A stretch of 46,217 nucleotides of DNA from a virus (lineage: Duplodnaviria > Caudoviricetes). This document shows positions 8,829-17,741 of the stretch, piece after piece. The stretch spans positions 1 through 46,217 of the IMG/VR virus record IMGVR_UViG_3300025018_000217, one strand, 5' to 3'. The translations under genes were made by a program, and so were the position numbers. A model generated the notes under the pieces. That model did no database searches. It worked only from the letters and a program-made list of their open reading frames with translations, and was not told the origin of the DNA. How positions within the stretch are numbered: the stretch's first letter is position 1; each line of letters opens with the position of its first letter.

Positions 8829-9817
8829 ATGAAGAACTAAATTTTCAATCTGGGGCTTTACCAGATGATGTATCAGAAGAAGAGAAAGCTAAACGCTATG
8901 ACCAAAAAGAGGTAGTAGCTACAGTTGGTCCAATCTCTTGGATAAAGAAAAATAATTACCGGTCATTTCCGGTTCGCAAACAGAATGGTTCGGGCTCTTG
9001 CGTGATGCAGTCTTTGGAGAAAGAAAGAGGTATTATTGCTCAAAGTAAGTATGATGAATTTGTATGTTTCTCGGCTAATCCGGGGTATCAATTAAGGACT
9101 AATCCCGGGATTAGTGGTTCAACTTTTGATGATTTAGTTAAAGCCACAAATTACGGTGGGATTTTAGAATCTCTATCACCATCTCAATCTTTGACTGACG
9201 TTCAAATGATGTCCGTTCCAACGAAAAAATACTTTAATGATATGGCTAAAGTTTTTGGAGCCAAGAGAATCACGATGGATAATGATATTGATGTGATTGC
9301 TTCCACTATTGAAAATACCGGAAAAGGGGTGGGAATTACTATTCGTTTCGGAAAAGGTGAATGGTTTTATAATCAAAAGGTTAAAGAACTTCTACCTCCA
9401 GACCAATGGATTTGGGGACATCGAGTCTGTGCCGTTGATTACACTTTAGACGAGGAAGGTAATAAGTGTTTAGTGATTGAAGACTCGGCCTGTGAAGATG
9501 GATTTCCTCAACGATTAGTTTCAGAATCCTTCCTTCTTAATCGGTCAAACTGGAAACCAAATTATATAATGAATTTTAAGTCTTATGTAGAATTAGATGT
9601 AGTTCCTGAAAAGCCACATTTTGATGGTTCGATTATCTCTGCTCAAAAGTGTTTCAAGTATGAAAATTTCTTTCCTGTTAATGTACCCGAGATAGAAAAT
9701 TGGGGTCCAATTACAAGAAAAGCTTGTGTGGAGTTTCAGAAAAAATACGGAATAACACCTACACTTGGAAATTTCGGGTCGATAACAAAAGCTAAATTAT
9801 TAGAACTTTATCCGTAA
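8825..9817 (+). CDS. Putative endolysin: papain-like cysteine peptidase plus peptidoglycan-binding domain
   Basis: QNGSGSCVMQS, WGHRVCAVDY, IEDS; C-terminal WGPITRKACVEFQKKYGI...GNFGSITKAKL; next to holin-like genes. Confidence 0.7.
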   Translation: MNEELNFQSGALPDDVSEEEKAKRYDQKEVVATVGPISWIKKNNYRSFPVRKQNGSGSCVMQSLEKERGIIAQSKYDEFVCFSANPGYQLRTNPGISGSTFDDLVKATNYGGILESLSPSQSLTDVQMMSVPTKKYFNDMAKVFGAKRITMDNDIDVIASTIENTGKGVGITIRFGKGEWFYNQKVKELLPPDQWIWGHRVCAVDYTLDEEGNKCLVIEDSACEDGFPQRLVSESFLLNRSNWKPNYIMNFKSYVELDVVPEKPHFDGSIISAQKCFKYENFFPVNVPEIENWGPITRKACVEFQKKYGITPTLGNFGSITKAKLLELYP

Positions 9818-9836
9818 TTAGTAATTAAATAAAAAT

Positions 9837-10010
9837 ATGATGATTTCACTAATGGTTAGTATCGTTATCCTTGGTTTGATGTATTGGGTATTTTCACTTA
9901 TTCCATTACCAGCACCATTCTCAACACTTATAAAAGTTTTGTTCATTTTAACGGCTGTTCTAATGCTCTTAAATACTTTTGGGATTGGAACTGATTTAAT
10001 TCTAAGATAA
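9837..10010 (+). CDS. Small two-TM membrane protein (holin candidate), 57 aa, not in ORF track
   Basis: MMISLMVSIVILGLMYWVFSLIPLPAPFSTLIKVLFILTAVLMLLNTFGIGTDLILR, translated by hand. Confidence 0.7.
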   Translation: MMISLMVSIVILGLMYWVFSLIPLPAPFSTLIKVLFILTAVLMLLNTFGIGTDLILR

Positions 10011-10014
10011 ATAT

Positions 10015-10200
10015 ATGAATAACAATACAACTCTAACGCTCAATGAAAGTGGAAGTTTAATCCTCGGGGCTGGGTTAGTTCAAATTGGAACAGATGTTCA
10101 ATTAGGTCTTATTTTGGTGGGGGTAGGAGCGATTCTTAAAATTTTGATTGCTGTTTTAGGTAAAAATGGCATAGTTGTTAGTTCCAACAACGAAGGGTAA
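10015..10200 (+). CDS. Small membrane protein (holin candidate)
   Basis: Two hydrophobic segments; located in the lysis region. Confidence 0.55.
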   Translation: MNNNTTLTLNESGSLILGAGLVQIGTDVQLGLILVGVGAILKILIAVLGKNGIVVSSNNEG

Positions 10201-10228
10201 TTGATTTCAGCACAAGATGGTATAGAAT
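10201..10228 (+). promoter_or_regulatory. Putative promoter of the tail genes
   Basis: TTGATT-16-TAGAAT. Confidence 0.4.
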
Positions 10229-10249
10229 TAAAGTATAACCAGTAAAAAT

Positions 10250-11644
10250 ATGTCATATTATCCACAAATAAAAGTTAAACACAACATCGGAAACACGATT
10301 GAAATTCCAAATCAGTTGGATATAAAAGTTTCTACTTACATGAGTAGCAACATTGCTGCGGGGGTTCTTGCCGTTCCGGTGGATAATGCCATTGATTTCA
10401 CGGCGGGTTCTATCCTTCTTTTACTTTCTTCAATTGGGGCGGAGAACTCGGAAATCGTCACTTCCTCTTCACATACAAATACCTCGTTTGTAACCTTGGC
10501 CACCACTATGGCTCACAATCGTGGAGATATCGTGAACGAGATAAAGTACGACCAAATTGTCATTTCTAAAAGTGCGACCATTGATGGTGTTTATGCTGTT
10601 TTGGCCACTCAAACATTCTTTACCACTCAGCAAAATACGGTTGTTTATGATTCCACTGGGACGGTAACTTCTTACTATAAAGTCCAATGGAAAAATTCCA
10701 TTACCGGACTGCTCTCCGATTATTCGGACCCGATTAGTGTCACTTCTTACCCAGAAAATTCCGTAGCGAATATAATTTTTCCGGTCTTAAAAGCGATGGG
10801 TGTTTCGGAGAATGATACAAAAATTACTGCCGAGTTCTGTTTGTCGGCAATTGATGATGCCCGAAAGTATACTGCTGCCAAGTTGTCCGGGATTCGTCAC
10901 GCTTGGCAACAGCAATTTGAATATCCGATTAAGGTTCTAGCTGGAACAAATTCTGTAGACTTACCAGAGGATATTGAATACAACGAAACTGACCGGTCTG
11001 TATTGGCTGCTCGGTTTATGCTTAATAACATTCTCACCCCGTACAATCTCCGCTATGTAGACAAGAGGACTTGGAATCAAGTCGCCTTCTCGGTGATGGG
11101 GGGAATCAATCAAGCTACGGCTGGGATTGGAGATGTTTCGATTACCTTAGATAGTGTGGGAGATTTTCCAGACACGGCCTCTGGTGTGGCCTATGTCGCA
11201 ACCTCTGATTACGACCAAACGATAATGCAGATTGCCTACACCAGCATAGATTTAACAACGAATCAGTTGCTTGGAGTAACTGGAATTACAAGGTCAATCC
11301 CCTCGGGGACTCGGGTCTGGTCGAGACCGTCAATTTCGCAGCCTATCTACTACACGGTGAATGAAAATAAATTGGTTTTTGACCGAATAATTCCTGATTC
11401 AATGCAGGGGAACAACCTCTATATTGATTATTACAAAAAGATTGATGCCGTTGTTGACCTCTATCAATTACTCCCAGAGAATTATAGAGAAATATATAAG
11501 TTTTATCTTCGCTATGCCATTAAATATCGTAAAGATATTTCATTAGGAAGCGATGACCCAGACTTAAATAAGTTCGAAGATTTGGTGAAAGCCCTGTTCA
11601 ATAATTTGTACACCGGCCAAGAAACCATAATCATTACAAGTTAA
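10250..11644 (+). CDS. Structural protein, probable head-tail adaptor/tail tubular A-like with extra domains
   Basis: C-terminal PIYYTV...LYIDYYKK...LPENYREI pattern and position upstream of the nozzle-like gene. Confidence 0.55.
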   Translation: MSYYPQIKVKHNIGNTIEIPNQLDIKVSTYMSSNIAAGVLAVPVDNAIDFTAGSILLLLSSIGAENSEIVTSSSHTNTSFVTLATTMAHNRGDIVNEIKYDQIVISKSATIDGVYAVLATQTFFTTQQNTVVYDSTGTVTSYYKVQWKNSITGLLSDYSDPISVTSYPENSVANIIFPVLKAMGVSENDTKITAEFCLSAIDDARKYTAAKLSGIRHAWQQQFEYPIKVLAGTNSVDLPEDIEYNETDRSVLAARFMLNNILTPYNLRYVDKRTWNQVAFSVMGGINQATAGIGDVSITLDSVGDFPDTASGVAYVATSDYDQTIMQIAYTSIDLTTNQLLGVTGITRSIPSGTRVWSRPSISQPIYYTVNENKLVFDRIIPDSMQGNNLYIDYYKKIDAVVDLYQLLPENYREIYKFYLRYAIKYRKDISLGSDDPDLNKFEDLVKALFNNLYTGQETIIITS

Positions 11645-11658
11645 TCTTAAAAAATAAA

Positions 11659-12663
11659 ATGGCTTATTCAAATCCTTTAATTCCAACAGTTGATATTCAA
11701 CAACAGGAACAGCCAAAAAGTAATGGCTCTGTGCCGTTGATTACCCTTGGAACTGTTATCGGAACTCCACCAGCCGGTGCGACTTACGCTGACCTTTTCT
11801 CTTTGGAATGTTTATTGCAGGACCTTAATGGCTCTGCTGTTTATCAAATGACCGGAACAGTTGCAAGTCCTTCTTGGTCAGCGATTGGGTCAGGTGCTGC
11901 TGGAGCAACTGGCTACACCGGACCAACCGGATACACCGGAGCTACCGGCTACACGGGCTATACTGGCTATACGGGTACCGGAGCTACCGGCTACACTGGT
12001 CCGACTGGCTACACTGGTCCTGTTGGTGCTACAAGTGCTACTGGAGCGACTGGTCCAACCGGCTACACTGGTCCCGCAGGAGTCACCGGCTACACTGGTT
12101 ATACCGGGGTTGGTCCTACTGGCTACACCGGCTACACTGGTCCAGTTGGTCCTCAAGGCGAAACCGGCTACACTGGCTACACAGGCTTGGGTCCAACAGG
12201 CTATACCGGCCCTACTGGCTATACCGGTCCTTCAGGAGCTGATTCAACGGTGACTGGTTACACTGGCCCTATTGGTCCAACTGGTTATACTGGTCCTGAT
12301 GGTGCCGCTTCATCTACTGGAGCAACTGGTTATACTGGTCCTACAGGGTATACTGGTCCTACAGGATATACTGGTCCTTCAGGAGCTGATTCAACGGTGA
12401 CTGGTCCAACTGGTTATACTGGTCCTGATTCAGTAATTGTAAAATTACTTCAAACCACATCTGGTGGTGCTGCAACTGAAAATTTTTCAGCTGGTACTTT
12501 TGCTAATGTATTAAATACTGATAAAGTATTTGTTCAATTAGTAAATAACGGTTCAAATAATGTTTCAGTTGCGTCTGCCCTTACTAATAATGCTTCTGTT
12601 GATGTGACATTCTCGGGTGACCCATCTAATGATACGATTATTAGTGTATTGGTTGTTAGATAG
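11659..12663 (+). CDS. Collagen-like (GPT/GYT) fibre protein
   Basis: About 180 aa of G-X-T triplets between globular termini. Confidence 0.8.
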   Translation: MAYSNPLIPTVDIQQQEQPKSNGSVPLITLGTVIGTPPAGATYADLFSLECLLQDLNGSAVYQMTGTVASPSWSAIGSGAAGATGYTGPTGYTGATGYTGYTGYTGTGATGYTGPTGYTGPVGATSATGATGPTGYTGPAGVTGYTGYTGVGPTGYTGYTGPVGPQGETGYTGYTGLGPTGYTGPTGYTGPSGADSTVTGYTGPIGPTGYTGPDGAASSTGATGYTGPTGYTGPTGYTGPSGADSTVTGPTGYTGPDSVIVKLLQTTSGGAATENFSAGTFANVLNTDKVFVQLVNNGSNNVSVASALTNNASVDVTFSGDPSNDTIISVLVVR

Positions 12664-12725
12664 TTAGTTTTTCTCTCCCTCTCATCTTTCCGGTCAACGA
12701 AGGTGTGAGGGGATAGGAACACTAA
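12664..12725 (+). other. Long imperfect intergenic hairpin
   Basis: TTAGT..TCCCTC.CATCTTTC pairs with GAAGGTG.GAGGGGA..ACTAA. Confidence 0.6.
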
Positions 12726-12735
12726 TAAAAATAAA

Positions 12736-14202
12736 ATGTCTGAAACAATTAAGAATTTCAAGGTGCCATATCCAACCGAAGGAGTCATTCGTTCGGCTCA
12801 ATTAGACGATAATGTTTGTCCAGAAAATTCTGTCCAACTGGCTATCAATATGAACTTTGACCGCATTGGTTCAATAACTACTCGTCCCGGTGTAGCGACT
12901 TATGCAACCACTTTAGCTGGTAGTGTTGGTTCTTTTGGCACTTTAAACTCTCAAGCTAGTTCCACAAAATATCTTTTTGTTCGAGTTGGCACCACAATTC
13001 AGGCTTTAAATTCATCAACTGGCAATTGGGCTTCAGTTCGGACAAGTTTAACTGGCACAGGAAAAGCTCGTTTTAGTCAGTTTTTAAATAGAACTTGGAT
13101 GGTAAACGGCAATGCTGGTGACGTGCCTAAAACTTCCAATGGAGGAACTTTTGATACAACTGATGTCCCAGCTACCTTTCCTAAAGGTGATTTTATTGTA
13201 GCTGGTTTTGATGGTCGAGTTTGGGTAGCTGATGCTGCTAAAGATATTCTTTACTATACTGACATAGTTCAATCTGTGGATGGAACAACTTATGTTTCTC
13301 CATTAACTTTTACATTGACCACAAACTTTATAACTAAGTTTTCTCCACAGGACGGTGAATCAATTACTGGACTATTCCGAGTCCCCCGAGCCCTTCTGTT
13401 GTTTAAGCAAAATCATATTTATAGAATTTATAGTTCTTCTAATGTTGACCCATACCCAGCTTACAATGTTGGAACTTATTCACAGGAATCAATTGTTCAA
13501 GCGAAAGACGGAATTTACTTCCACCACTCTTCTGGCTTCTATAAATTTAATTATGATGGGCAACCAACTGAAATTTCCCGCCGAGTAATTGATTTTGTAA
13601 AAGCGATTCCTCGTTCATCCTACGAGAACATCGTGGGTATTTATGACGGCTACGATGCAGTGAAATGGTCTGTTGGCTCAATTACGGTTGATGGTGTTAC
13701 CTATGCCAACTGTCAAATGAGGTATTCTATTTCAACTCAAGTATGGACGATTTACGATTTCTCTGATAAAAACATCACGGCCTTAATCCGCTTCGATGAT
13801 GGGACAACGATTGAACAAGTGGTTGGTTTTTCTGATGGACGAGTCGGTAAATTGGATTCCGGCTACACTGATTTTGGAGATAAAATCTATTACGAAATGA
13901 TTGACCGAGAAAGGTCCTTTACGGAGTTGTCTTGTTTATCTAAAAATATCACGGGGTTTGGCATTATCGCTGACAATGCCGGTGGAGCAGAGGTCCAATA
14001 TCAAGGTAATGGGTCAACAGCAAACCAATGGGAAGATTTGGGGACACTGGGAGAAAACTTAGTTTCTCTTTTTCCGAATGTTCAGACAGAAGATTTTAAC
14101 GAGGTTACTTTCAGACTAAGAGGTAATTCCAGTGGACCGGCTATTATTTTTAAGGGAATTGAACTTCTAACTGTTCAGAGCAAGGGTCTGGACCAGAACT
14201 AA
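12736..14202 (+). CDS. Tail nozzle/stabilisation protein (P22 gp10/T7 tubular B-like beta-propeller)
   Basis: N-terminal NMNFDRIGSITTRPG; DGESITGL...LLLFKQNHIYRI; size and position. Confidence 0.7.
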   Translation: MSETIKNFKVPYPTEGVIRSAQLDDNVCPENSVQLAINMNFDRIGSITTRPGVATYATTLAGSVGSFGTLNSQASSTKYLFVRVGTTIQALNSSTGNWASVRTSLTGTGKARFSQFLNRTWMVNGNAGDVPKTSNGGTFDTTDVPATFPKGDFIVAGFDGRVWVADAAKDILYYTDIVQSVDGTTYVSPLTFTLTTNFITKFSPQDGESITGLFRVPRALLLFKQNHIYRIYSSSNVDPYPAYNVGTYSQESIVQAKDGIYFHHSSGFYKFNYDGQPTEISRRVIDFVKAIPRSSYENIVGIYDGYDAVKWSVGSITVDGVTYANCQMRYSISTQVWTIYDFSDKNITALIRFDDGTTIEQVVGFSDGRVGKLDSGYTDFGDKIYYEMIDRERSFTELSCLSKNITGFGIIADNAGGAEVQYQGNGSTANQWEDLGTLGENLVSLFPNVQTEDFNEVTFRLRGNSSGPAIIFKGIELLTVQSKGLDQN

Positions 14203-14203
14203 A

Positions 14204-15646
14204 ATGAAATTATCGGAATTATTTTTGAACAGATTTTTATATCGAGACTCCAGTCAGAGTTCTGAAACTCAAGACTCGGCTTTTGTGTCAGCTGATTCTT
14301 CGACTCCTTCCGCCCCCAGTGTGGCAGCTGGGGGAGCAGCTCAAGATATCAATACTAGTAATGTTTTTATCAATGGAGGTCAATTAGAACCGGGAACTAT
14401 TCCCCAGACTACCCTTGATGTTTCAAATTGGGGTTGGGGTCAAACTTGTGTTTTTTCATCATCTAGTGCAACGGTGGTGGCTTGGGGGACCGGAACTTTT
14501 ACCTCGGCTGGTGGAGATGTATATTCAATTTCTGCTGGAAATACTGGGACAATGGCGGCTAAGACTTATATTTATTTAGATTTGAATGTCTCCGAAACTG
14601 TCTATCAGGTAACAACCACATCAGCTAATGCAGTGGGAGTTGGAAAGGTATTGATTGCCGTTGCTCAAAATGCTTCTTCTGGAAATGCTACTTTTAATCT
14701 ATCGGAAGCGACTCAAATTGTCGGTGATAATATTCTTGCTAATTCAATTAATGCTTCTAAAATTGTAACCGGTCAATTGATTGTCGGTACAAATGTTGGG
14801 TTGGGAACAGCTCAAGACTCTTCTGGAGTTACTACTATTATTGGAAATACTGTTACAACTGGATTTGTTAATGCCCTTTCAATTACTGCTGGAAGCGTAG
14901 CTGCGGAAAATATAACAGGTACAACAATTACTGGAAAAACTGTTCAAACTTCAAGTTCAGGAATTAGAACAATATTGGATGGAACAAATGATGATATTCG
15001 TTTTATGAATAGCGGAACTTTGTATGCCAGAATTTATCCTTATACTTTTGCTGGTGGTGGCGGAATGCTTGCAGAAACAAATGATGGTGATACTGGAGCT
15101 CAATTGATATTACAGTATGGAACTTCTGCTGGGGCCAGTTTGATTTATAATGGAGCAGGTCTCTTTATTGATGATAACTCTGATGCTTCTTTTAGTGGAG
15201 CAATTATTTCTGTTCGTTCAATTACTCCTGCTGCTAATGATACCTATTATTGTGGTTCATCTTCTAAATGTTGGACTTCTGTTTATACTTACAATATTGT
15301 AGATGCTTCTGGCCACACTTTTGATATGGGGGCAGGGTCGGCTTTTCGGATTAATGGTAATAGTAAAACAGCTATTGTACCAACTTCTCAAGGTTATAAA
15401 GCTTTATTCTGTGTAGAATCTCCAGAAGTATGGTTTATGGATTTCTGCGGGGAAGATAAGGTTCTTGACCCGATGTTTGTTGAGGTAACAGTCGCTCCCT
15501 ATCACATGATTAAATGTGAGGGTAATGGATACCAAGTGTGGGGTAAACGAAAAGGTCATGAAACTTCAAGATTCGATTCTAAATCAAAAACAGAGTTTAT
15601 TGCCAATGAAAAATTTTTAAATATGAACAAGCCATTGTCTTCATAA
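14204..15646 (+). CDS. Tail spike/needle-like protein
   Basis: ILANSINASKIVTG and AGSVAAENITG beta-helical-type repeats; C-terminal KTAIVPT...ESPEVWF...GKRKG. Confidence 0.55.
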   Translation: MKLSELFLNRFLYRDSSQSSETQDSAFVSADSSTPSAPSVAAGGAAQDINTSNVFINGGQLEPGTIPQTTLDVSNWGWGQTCVFSSSSATVVAWGTGTFTSAGGDVYSISAGNTGTMAAKTYIYLDLNVSETVYQVTTTSANAVGVGKVLIAVAQNASSGNATFNLSEATQIVGDNILANSINASKIVTGQLIVGTNVGLGTAQDSSGVTTIIGNTVTTGFVNALSITAGSVAAENITGTTITGKTVQTSSSGIRTILDGTNDDIRFMNSGTLYARIYPYTFAGGGGMLAETNDGDTGAQLILQYGTSAGASLIYNGAGLFIDDNSDASFSGAIISVRSITPAANDTYYCGSSSKCWTSVYTYNIVDASGHTFDMGAGSAFRINGNSKTAIVPTSQGYKALFCVESPEVWFMDFCGEDKVLDPMFVEVTVAPYHMIKCEGNGYQVWGKRKGHETSRFDSKSKTEFIANEKFLNMNKPLSS

Positions 15647-15663
15647 ATTTTTAATCATATAAT
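15635..15663 (+). promoter_or_regulatory. Putative promoter of the ejection-protein genes
   Basis: TTGTCT-17-TATAAT, 9 nt before ATG 15673. Confidence 0.6.
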
Positions 15664-15672
15664 TAAATCAAT

Positions 15673-16665
15673 ATGTATCCGAACACCAATCTCCAACCCG
15701 GACAGTCTGGTCCAGAAGTCAAAAAACTTCAAGACTTTTTAGTTAGTCAAGGATTTATGACTCCTCAACAAGTGGCTACCGGCCCGGGAACTTATGGACC
15801 ACAAACGACTGCAGCGGTGAAAGCGTGGCAGTCAGCCAATGGAGTGGACAACACTTCGGGGGCCGGGTACTGGGGACCGAGGTCTATTACCGCCGCTTCT
15901 GGAATATCAGGAACGGGTAAATCTGACCCCAACCAGCCTCTCACTGACGAAGAATATGAAAGTGGAGTGGCAAATAATCCTTTAATAAAACAATATACTG
16001 CTCAAGGAAATTCTGTGGCTGATATTGAACATGCTGCCGAGACAGGGGACTTGAGTGGAATAAGAAATCAATTTGGACAACCATTCAGTACTCAAGAACA
16101 ACAAGATGCTTTAGCTCAATCAGAAAATGACCTTCAAGCTTTCTATAAAGCCCAAGAAGAAAAAGATGAAGCTGATGCTGAAGCAGCTCTTAAAGAAAAA
16201 CAACGAACTTTTCAAGATTATTTAATTAATTCTGGAGAAAATTTTCAGGCCGATAAAGCAACAGCTGACCAGACTGCTGCTAATAGTGGAGTACTATTTT
16301 CTGGTAGTCGGGTTCAAAAAGAAAATGATTTAAAAACTAAATATGAACGAGACCTTGCTGCTAAACGAGCAGGGGTCTCTGCTGATATCGGAAACACGGC
16401 TAGAGATTTACAATATAAATATGGCAATGATGCAATAGGTGGATTATCAGATTATTACAAACTCGGGAACAATGTTTACAATCCAAAAGTAGCAACTGGT
16501 GGAGTAACTTCCAGTGGCCTTTCCAGTATTTATAATCCGGGTTCTTACGACTTCCAAGGAACAAAACTGGCTGAAAAGAAAACGGCTGCTGCTAAACGAG
16601 CTGCAGGTCTTTTAGCTAATCGAGGTAATAAACTTTTATCAACCAGCTACGCTAATCAATTTTAA
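15673..16665 (+). CDS. Peptidoglycan-binding-domain protein, putative internal virion/ejection protein
   Basis: LQPGQSGPEVKKLQDFL...GTYGPQTTAAVKAWQ...GYWGPRS followed by an Ala/Gln-rich helical region. Confidence 0.7.
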   Translation: MYPNTNLQPGQSGPEVKKLQDFLVSQGFMTPQQVATGPGTYGPQTTAAVKAWQSANGVDNTSGAGYWGPRSITAASGISGTGKSDPNQPLTDEEYESGVANNPLIKQYTAQGNSVADIEHAAETGDLSGIRNQFGQPFSTQEQQDALAQSENDLQAFYKAQEEKDEADAEAALKEKQRTFQDYLINSGENFQADKATADQTAANSGVLFSGSRVQKENDLKTKYERDLAAKRAGVSADIGNTARDLQYKYGNDAIGGLSDYYKLGNNVYNPKVATGGVTSSGLSSIYNPGSYDFQGTKLAEKKTAAAKRAAGLLANRGNKLLSTSYANQF

Positions 16666-16666
16666 T

Positions 16667-17731
16667 ATGGCTCAAAAAATATCAGATTTATTTAAAGGAA
16701 ATATCCCAGCCACCTTTTTAGATTCAATGAGGAGTTTACCAAATGGGGGTGGTTTATTTTCACCTCTTGGTGGAATAACAGAAAATCCACCAATTACTAC
16801 CACTCCTGCTCCTAGAATTTTTACTCCTCGAACAATGAGAGGTTCTTCCATTACCACACCTATTCCAACATCAACTGCCCCAGTACCTAAGCCTGTTCGT
16901 TCAAAATATATCAACCCTGAAACCGGGCAATACTTTGCAACACCAGAAGAGTATGGTAATTATGTTGCCAGTCGGATTCCCGTAAGTAAGGGAACTGGTG
17001 ATGTGACTAAATATGCTGGGGATGCTATGACTAAACCTGACCAATCAGTAGAGAATCTAACTAATACTGCTAGAGATTTGAATAACGCTCGTAATGATAT
17101 TGCTACTGGAACGACCGACCCATTCAAAATTGGTAAAGATTCCGGAATTGCTTATAGTCCAGAGCAGTTAGCCACGATTGAGAAGGCTTATGCTGGAATT
17201 TATGACCCGGCTATCAATGATGTTTTTACCCGGATAAAACAGAAAGAAAAATTAGATGAAGAACTAGCTAAAGCTAAGACCGAAGAATCAAAAATAAAAG
17301 TTATGAAAGAAATGGCGGTATTTAATACTAATGAAAATATCCGTCAGTGGAACTCTACAACTGGTTCAAAAAAGACTGGTAGCAATGATAGATTTACTGA
17401 AACTCAATCGGCGAACGGAGCGTCTAATGCCGGAATGAGTTTTGATGATTTTGAAAATCTGGATGATGATGTAAAAAACTTCTATATCAATCCTCCAATG
17501 TCGCTAGATGAAAATACTAATAAAAATGTTCCAAAGTATAAAGTCTTTGAGAATCTTTTGAATGAAATTGCTTCCGGTACAAAAACTTCTGATGAGGTGG
17601 TGGAGTTGATTACGGGAAGTGAAACTCTACCGGCTACTGTAAAACAATTCTTTATTGCTAAGATTCCAAACATCACACCTGCTGAAAAACAAAAACACTG
17701 GTACAATATCTTCACGAATTGGATGAATTAA
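16667..17731 (+). CDS. Putative internal virion/ejection protein
   Basis: 354-aa ORF at the expected position in a podovirus-like gene order; no motif recognised. Confidence 0.45.
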   Translation: MAQKISDLFKGNIPATFLDSMRSLPNGGGLFSPLGGITENPPITTTPAPRIFTPRTMRGSSITTPIPTSTAPVPKPVRSKYINPETGQYFATPEEYGNYVASRIPVSKGTGDVTKYAGDAMTKPDQSVENLTNTARDLNNARNDIATGTTDPFKIGKDSGIAYSPEQLATIEKAYAGIYDPAINDVFTRIKQKEKLDEELAKAKTEESKIKVMKEMAVFNTNENIRQWNSTTGSKKTGSNDRFTETQSANGASNAGMSFDDFENLDDDVKNFYINPPMSLDENTNKNVPKYKVFENLLNEIASGTKTSDEVVELITGSETLPATVKQFFIAKIPNITPAEKQKHWYNIFTNWMN

Positions 17732-17741
17732 AAAACAAAAA

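Noticed and set aside
10258-10266. Perfect DnaA box TTATCCACA on the plus strand
   Set aside because: Lies inside coding sequence (YYPQ), lacks the companion TGTCGGTG motif, and a single 9-mer can occur by chance.
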